This document shows, piece after piece, positions 54,133 through 64,000 of a DNA stretch of 64,000 nucleotides (position 1 is its first letter; each line of letters opens with the position of its first letter). The notes under the pieces were generated by a model. That model was not told the origin of the DNA and did no database searches. It was given only the letters and a program-made list of their open reading frames with translations. This DNA is from Eledone cirrhosa (lineage: Eukaryota), in contig OZ024740.1 of NCBI GenBank assembly GCA_964016885.1, forward strand, positions 368,280,001-368,344,000. Direction: 5' to 3'. The position numbers and the translations under genes were made by a program.

Positions 54133-56253
54133 TTGCGATCCCCAATTGAGATCTTCCGAACTTATGGATATTATCCAACCATTTTTTCTTGAGACATTCG
54201 AAATTCATCTCCGTAATATCTGAGCGGTGGTCTCTCTTTTTGGAGAAGTAGTGGCTTATTTTGCGCCACTCTCTGCGCTCCGATCTAGACACTCTATTGC
54301 GTTAGCTTACTACAAAGATTCATTGGTGGTCCTCCATTTCGGCCGCTTTTATACGCGATCGTAATATTTGTTCCTTTACTTGGCCAACCCAACTTCTTTT
54401 CATGACCAAATGCTGAAGCTGGTATATACCTGCATCAGCTCCCTTATGTTATAAGGGATAAATATATGTGTTTTGCATCCCACGTCGAAGCTGAACATCA
54501 AATTAAGTTAATTTTCTAAAAACATAACGTTTTAATTACTTCACTAGTATCAATGAAATGGTTAACAACCTCTCATAGCTTCTCCTTCATAAATAGGATA
54601 ATTCGTGCTTCAACAAGTAAAGTAGAGATTATATCAATAGTTTAAACTAGTAAATCCCAATTTAAAGCAATGCACTGTCCTTTGGAAATGGTACATTTTG
54701 TTAATGATATTCTACGAAAATGAAGATAAATATATATCCTGCTTTCATATAAATATCGTACAGCGAATAATAGACAAAACAATTTTGATGAGATGTGTTT
54801 CAGAATTTACATTTATATTATATCATTAAATCCAATAGATATTTATTCTGTAATTTGTCTTTTAAGTTATCATTAACATTTTGCACGAAAGGTATTCGCT
54901 CTTTTATGAAACAAAAGAAGAATATAAACGAAGAATCTATTTCTATAAAACCAAGGAAAATTGAGAAAAACAAAAATAAAAATGGAAAGAATAAAATTAA
55001 TTGAACACAATACAATGGTCTAAACATTAATATTCTGAACAATAGTAAACTGATTATAGTTCAATTATAACATCATTTCTTTCAAATGTATTATTAATTT
55101 CATCAAACAATTTAACTGAGAACGAATCTAAAAGAAATGTCGAAAAAGTCAAACCTGCGTTGATGAATTTAGACGAGTTAACATCAAATGCATGAATAAT
55201 TCATGAAAGTACATATAATATAATTTAAAAATTTAATGAATGCATATTCCTGTGTAATAGTTCTCGTTTTCTTTCACCCATCAACATCGGCATATTATGA
55301 TATGAAATTTAAGAAATCCTAATTTTATATAGAATTAGTTATTTATCAGGTTACAACACACAATAACATAGTGACTTATATTATTAGAATACATATTATA
55401 ACATTTTATATAATGCCGTATATAATATAATGGCTTTTAACAAAGGTTTGAAGCCAGGCATATAGGGTCGTTTTTACTCGATTGACTGGCATATAACTTG
55501 TTCGGAGGGATGAGAGGCAACGCTGAAATTAGTGAAATAAAAATGCCAATAGGTAAGTTTTTCTGCGAGCTCACCATTCGAACAAACTAATAAAATATTG
55601 ATAAAGAATCACATAAAATATATTAATACGATTTCGACAGAGTGATTACTATATACAATTTGTCGCATATATGGTGTGCGGACAAATGTTTATGTAGGTC
55701 AATCAAGTGACATCTCGCCAAAAATATGTTTTTGTATAGAACAGGTGTGAAGAATTACGTTCAGGCAAATGAATACATACACACAAGCCACAAGCACACA
55801 AAAAAGAAATCACACGCATACACATACATACAGACACACACACGCGCATATATATACTCTTTTACCTGTTTCAGCCATCCGGCTGAGGCCATGCTGGGAT
55901 ATATATATAGAGAGAGATATTTATATACTTCGTTTTTTTTTGTATTTATTTTGCAAGATTTATCTGAAAACGTGTGTTGAAACATACATTGCTATGCAGA
56001 GGCGGACTGTGTCTAAAAATATTGTTTGCCAGAAGATGAAGGGGACCACCTACATATAGAATGCTATCATTTAATTTTTATAATGAATAAATAACATTTT
56101 CGAAAAATACATAAGTGGAAACAAAACAGTGTTATCAGATTTTTACGGAAAAATATCGTACCTTCTCCAATAAATAAAAATATGTATTTTGCGAAAACCT
56201 AAGACTTTCAATAATGACCAGAAGTCGACCCTAAATATTACTAATAGCTCTCA

Positions 56254-56302
<49 letters not shown>

Positions 56303-56577
56303 CTCTTTCTCTCTGTGATATTTGAATCTACTATGATTTGGGCTTACTTTATTCATATATATATGTTTTTTATGTCAGATTTAAACTTACAATGATTGGC
56401 ATTATATATATATATATATTCATCATCGTAAAATGATGATGATGATGATGTATATATATATACATTAATTATTTGTTTGCTAAAATAATCAAATTAAATT
56501 AATTCAACAATTAAACACACATAGGAATAATAAGTTTGTTACCAAAGAGCCAGAAGATTGACAAGTCGACCCTAAAT

Positions 56578-56680
56578 ACTAATAATTGTTTCTACGTTAG
56601 GCACAAGGCCAGAAATTACCCAGTTCATTACTGGTACTTTATCTTATCGACCCCGTAAGGATGAAAGGCAAAGTTAACCT
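56578..56680 (-). mobile_element. 5'-truncated SINE with probable target-site duplication
   Basis: SINE body on - strand, flanked by CCTAAATA(C/T)TAATAAT on both sides. Confidence 0.8.
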
Positions 56681-57229
56681 AAATATTAATAATAACCCGA
56701 GGAAAGCCATAAACGACACCACATCTATTTAACTTTCATTTTGAAAGTAGGTTTGTAATTATCAATTTTCATTAAACCTTTGTAGCTGTCTCGCTGGCAT
56801 AGTTGTAGGAATTATAGACGGTGCTGATGCAGGTTTGAAGTTCGATCCTGGTCGGGAGTAGGGTTCCCGGTAAACCTTTCCAGTTTTTTTCTAAGGGTTG
56901 TCAAATAAAAATTGAAAAAGGTTACAGGATTGAACCCTAGACTAGGATTTCCACCGTCTCTAGTACCTACCGCTAGGCCACATAGTCAACTACGAGAATT
57001 TTATAAAAATTCCTACTTATAAACCCACTTCCAAAATTAAAAAAAATACATACAGACATTTTCGAAAAATGCATAAGTGGAAACAAAACAGTTCAATCAA
57101 ATTTTTGCGGAAACATATTTTACCTTCTCCAATAAAAAATATTATGTATTTTGCGAAATCCAGTGACATTCAATGATGACCTTTGGTCTTTCACACTCAC
57201 TAAATGTATATATTTATATATATATATAC

Positions 57230-57404
<175 letters not shown>

Positions 57405-60338
57405 CGTGTGTGTATGTGTGTATATATATAAGGAAAGAGATATTTTATTTGCTGGTAATTCAACAAATGTATTTATTATAACAGATTCGAAGCACTCTAC
57501 AAGTTTCCTGGATTATAATATCAATGATATTAATAAATGGAAACTATATTTATAAAACCATATTTATTTTATTATATATATTTCAAGGGTATCTCATGAG
57601 ACAAAATACAAAAGTTGTTTCATAAATAGTGACATACCCGATACACCAGACCGTATCGGTTCATGTTCCATTTGGATAGTGAAAGAAAAAGGAAAAAAAT
57701 TCAAATCCTTAGGATGGATATGCAAATAAAGTAGAAGCGTAGATTGAAAAAAATAGTTATATTTAGACGCTAGGTAAATTTAAATAATTATTAAGATAAT
57801 TTATAAAAGAAGATGAAGAAGAAGGAAGAAAGATAGGCTAATATTATTATTAGGGTGCAAGTAGATTTAAAATTAAAAATGTTTAGAATACTAATCCCAA
57901 AATTGTAAAATATATAACCAAATCATGCGTTATAATATTATATATATAATGTATATAATTAGATTTTATGAGGAATTAAGGTTGTAAGCACACTTTAGTT
58001 TATTATAGTAAAACCAGTCAATTATATACATATTTATATAAATAGATAAAAATATAAATATTATTGGTGATTATACATGCTGTTATTAATTCAAATATTA
58101 TTTAAGGGTTACGAAAGATATTGTGTTTACATTTTCAATATTTAGTTAAGAAAAAGACCCAGTTCGAATGTTATTATAGAAGAACTTTTTGTACCTTCAT
58201 ATAGTTCAATCAAGATAGAAAACATTAAGTTAACGAAAATTATGGAGACTTTAGTATTTATGTTGTTAAGTAGAGAGGATGCTTTATGCGTGCTAGATTA
58301 TAAAGGGAAAGGAAAACAGAAAACGAAAAGAACACTCCAATGTTTATTAGGTACACTATTTACGTTAGATTTGTCATTTATTTTAGAATTTACTTAAAAT
58401 GTATGTGGAGAAAATGTTATATATTATTTTATGTATGATTATAAGATATCTGATATTATACGCTTTCAAAGATGAGAATTTATTTTATATATGTATTTAG
58501 ATATTATATTTATAGTCAATTAGGAAGAAAGTATTATTAGAGACCTCATGATGGCATTTAGAAATCTATCACGAAAACGGATATATTTCAAAATATCAAT
58601 TAAGAATGATCAATTAAAAAATAAAAAAAAAATATCAATTTAGAAACCTGAGAAGAATATCAATTGGAAAAGAATAACATTTGTAAAAGTAATTTGTAAA
58701 AATATTACATAGAAAGAAAAATATCATTTAAATATCACAACTAAACATCGACAGAAGAATTGTGAAGACATATAGAATGTGAATAAATCAATTATATACT
58801 ATAGATTATAAATACTTCGGAAAGTCATTTTTTGGCGTTGTCTGCAGGAACTGAATATTTCTTTTTTTATGTTGATATTGGCAGGTGAGTATATAAAAAA
58901 AATTCTTCAATACATAAATGACAGATTCTTGCGAGAGCCATAATTCGGTATGCGGGTGCTTTTAAAATCGTTCCCCAAGAGTTTGAATAGTCAATATTAT
59001 TGTCTTTTAAGTGCTAAATTAGATTTGAAAGTGATGTAGAAAAATGTATGTTTATGATTATACCAGCGTTCTCATTTTGTAGAAGTGGCTCCTATTAGTT
59101 ATATATTTTATATCTAATTTTAACTGTACATTTGTATACTAAGTTTTTATCTAGGCAATTATTCTGCAAAGGGCAATTAGGTTCATTTCTACAGTTACAT
59201 TTACGAGAGTTAGAGTTACTAGGAACGACACTATTATTATTAGTATTAATAGTGTTGTTAGTAATATTAATATTGTTATATTGGTTTAATTGGTTTAGGT
59301 TTAAATTAAAATTTCTATTATTAATTCTATTTATAATATTTTGTGCTATTTTCATGGTAGTAGAGTAAGATAGTTTTACAGTTTTTCTGTTAAAAATAGA
59401 GTGATATCTATGGGATTTAGGAAAACATTTATCAAATGCTTTGAAAAATTGTTTTGCTACAGGTGTTTTAACCCCTAATTTTAATGGGGGAGAGTACCAA
59501 ATAATATTTCTAGTTCTAGTTCTTTTGTTTGGTATACTATTTAAGGTAAATTGTTTATTACTATTATTATAGTTAATTTTAGGAAGACTTTGCATGTTAT
59601 TGTTATCTATGTATTTAATTTTATTCATGTATCCAGCTCTATGTAAATCATAATTGTAATATTCTGCCTTATTATCAAAAATATTTTTATTAGCTGAAAT
59701 GCGTGAAATTCGTCGCTGGACACTATTGACAATAGTATTTTATATATTACTAGGATGGTTAGAATTGAAGCTTACGTAATTTAGGTTTTCATTAATTTTA
59801 TGGAAAGGATAAATAGACCTGAGTTAAGGTTTAAAGTTACATCTAAGAAGTTAACAGTTTTATTATTATTCTCGATTTTTTATTTAAGGTTGTAGTTATT
59901 GAAAAATTCTAAGACAGATTTATTTTTCCTGTTAAGTTCACCATTGCTATGGTTTTCGATTAAAAGTAACATATCGTCGCGATATAAACCTCCGGTCATC
60001 TCTGGCATTTTCCTATGTATAATCACCAATAATATTTATATTTTTATCTATTTATATAAATATGTATATAATTGACTCGTTGCAATATAATATCTAAAGT
60101 GTACTTACTACCTTAATTCCACATAAAATCTAATTATATACATTATATATTTAATATTATAACTCATGATTCGGTTATATATTTTATAATGTATCCTAAT
60201 AATTATTTAAATTTACCTAGCGTCTTAATATAACCTTTATTTTCAGTCTACGCTTCTACTTCATTTGCATATCCATCCTAACGATTTGAAATTTTTCTTT
60301 TTTTCTTTCACTATCCAAATAGAACCTGAACCGTTAAA

Positions 60339-60406
60339 GTCTGGTTTATCGGGTATGTTAAGGTCTGGTTTATCGGGTATGTTAAGGTCTGGTTTATCGG
60401 GTATGT
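60339..60406. repeat. 24-bp unit x ~3 within the inverted PLE terminal repeat
   Basis: GTCTGGTTTATCGGGTATGTTAAG repeated; single copy in the other arm (~57631-57651). Confidence 0.9.
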
Positions 60407-60430
60407 CACGATTCATAAAACAATTTTTGT

Positions 60431-60491
60431 ATTTTATCTGATGAGGGCGTACTAAAGATTTTTGGTACCCTTGAAATATATATAATAAAAT
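60431..60491 (+). ncRNA. Type I hammerhead ribozyme in PLE terminal repeat
   Basis: ATTTTAT-CTGATGA-GGGC GTACT...GGTAC CCTT-GAAA-TATATA TA-ATAAAAT. Homologous to 24928-24992; deleted version at ~57575-57608. Confidence 0.75.
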
Positions 60492-61532
60492 AAATATGGT
60501 TTTATAAATATAGTTTCCATTTATTAATATCATCGATATATATATATATATAGTATTCGTTTGGTATAGACGATGGCCTGTCGAAATTGTGGAGTTCCCG
60601 CTAGCGCTCCCGGGACCTAAGGTAGCTACGTTCTTAGAGTACTCGGAAAAGTTAATTTCCATTCTTTCGCTGGACGATACCACTCGAGACTGGCTGACTC
60701 ATGGTGGGGTGTGTGCTGACTGGGACTCCCAATCGAAATCTTTACTCTATATCCCATCCTAATATCTTATCGAGATAATTTTTTTCATATAAGACTCTCT
60801 CTGTAAGTTCATTAAATAAATAAATCTCGCTACCTTAATCTTTAATTCCCTAATAACTTATTTTTCAATTTATCATTTTGCAATTTAATATTTTTAAATT
60901 TAATTTAATTTCATCCTATAACTCGCAACATAAATTTAACGGTTCAATCTTCGGTACACACATTAGACCAACAGACACCCATTATAGATTCTTTGGCGTA
61001 GCATTCTTTCGCGGCATTTTCTAGCATGAATGTAGGATGACCCTTACACTGACTTCTTTCTCCCTTTCTTTCTTTCTCCACCTTTTTCTTTGACGGAGTT
61101 GTGGTAGTGCATTATAAGCCTTCGCCCCCTCACCAGATATTCATTAGTAGATTCAGTTGCCAACACTTTGAGGGCAATTGGCCAAGAAGCTAGTTGGTCA
61201 GTTGGCCTCATTGTCTTTGTCTCTGAATTTTTGGACCCATGGTCTTTTACATATTCCTTTGTTATATTCCAATACCTGATGATATCACCGGATTTATACG
61301 GAACACGGTCATTGAAATGATGATAGTATAATAAACGTTTCAAGGATTTACACCAGTCCAGCCTCCTGTTATTTTAATTTGTTTATAATTAACTCCGTAT
61401 TCGCACCACCAACTACACAAACGAAGATAGGTGAACTGCACTGCGCTGAGTACTCTTCACAATATTACGCCAGGATTCACAATGTTACACCAGGATTGAC
61501 CAACAAACCTAAAGATATATATATATATAAAA

Positions 61533-61563
<31 letters not shown>

Positions 61564-61569
61564 TGTAAG

Positions 61570-61636
<67 letters not shown>

Positions 61637-61651
61637 GTATATATACGTATA

Positions 61652-61716
<65 letters not shown>

Positions 61717-61721
61717 GTGTG

Positions 61722-61777
<56 letters not shown>

Positions 61778-61784
61778 TATATAC

Positions 61785-63820
<2,036 letters not shown>

Positions 63821-64000
63821 ATATATATATAGTTAGAGAAGCAGAAAATTGCTTATTGTGATCCAGTTCTTGGTTAAGAAACCCAGTTTCATGGATGGTT
63901 TCAACGTATGGTTAGAGGTAACTCCACAAGTTTGTAAGAATTCACTCACTATTTTGAAAATGTGGACTGTGAACAACAATTATAATTGAGTGGCTGCTAT

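Larger units (their letters stand above)
57432..60540 (-). mobile_element. Decayed Penelope-like element with inverted terminal repeat at its truncated 5' end
   Basis: Minus strand GGLYRDD (~59972-59995), NFLDVTLNL, SNHP, CNCRNEPNCP, LVYKC..IG. 60017-60540 is an inverted diverged copy of ~57515-58078. Confidence 0.85.

Noticed and set aside
54002-54292. Protamine-like basic ORF
   Set aside because: It is the translation of a (GAA)/(GAG) trinucleotide tract joined to a LINE fragment.

Overview
This is AT-rich eukaryotic DNA, dense in (TA)n/(CA)n microsatellites and repeats. The SINE family and composition suggest a cephalopod (octopus-like), which is an inference. No host protein-coding gene can be supported. 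The window contains four Penelope-like retroelements (PLEs; RT and/or GIY-YIG domains). One (3181-11055) has a head-to-head inverted structure and carries a nested, open-ORF Tx1/L1-type LINE with a 12-bp target-site duplication. There is also a decayed Vingi/Ingi-like LINE, a mariner fragment, CR1/RTE scraps and many tRNA-derived SINEs. The main signal is RNA-structural. A 6.2-kb array of near-identical 310-bp units (13861-20083) carries one type I hammerhead ribozyme (HHR) per unit, 20 in all, arranged head-to-head; this fits a non-autonomous 'retrozyme'. Diverged relatives at 37243-38025 and 38515-38900 have a compensatory U3-A8 catalytic core instead of C3-G8. About a dozen more HHR or HHR-like motifs lie in PLE termini and short inverted elements. 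All folds were read by eye and not computed, and no database search was possible.
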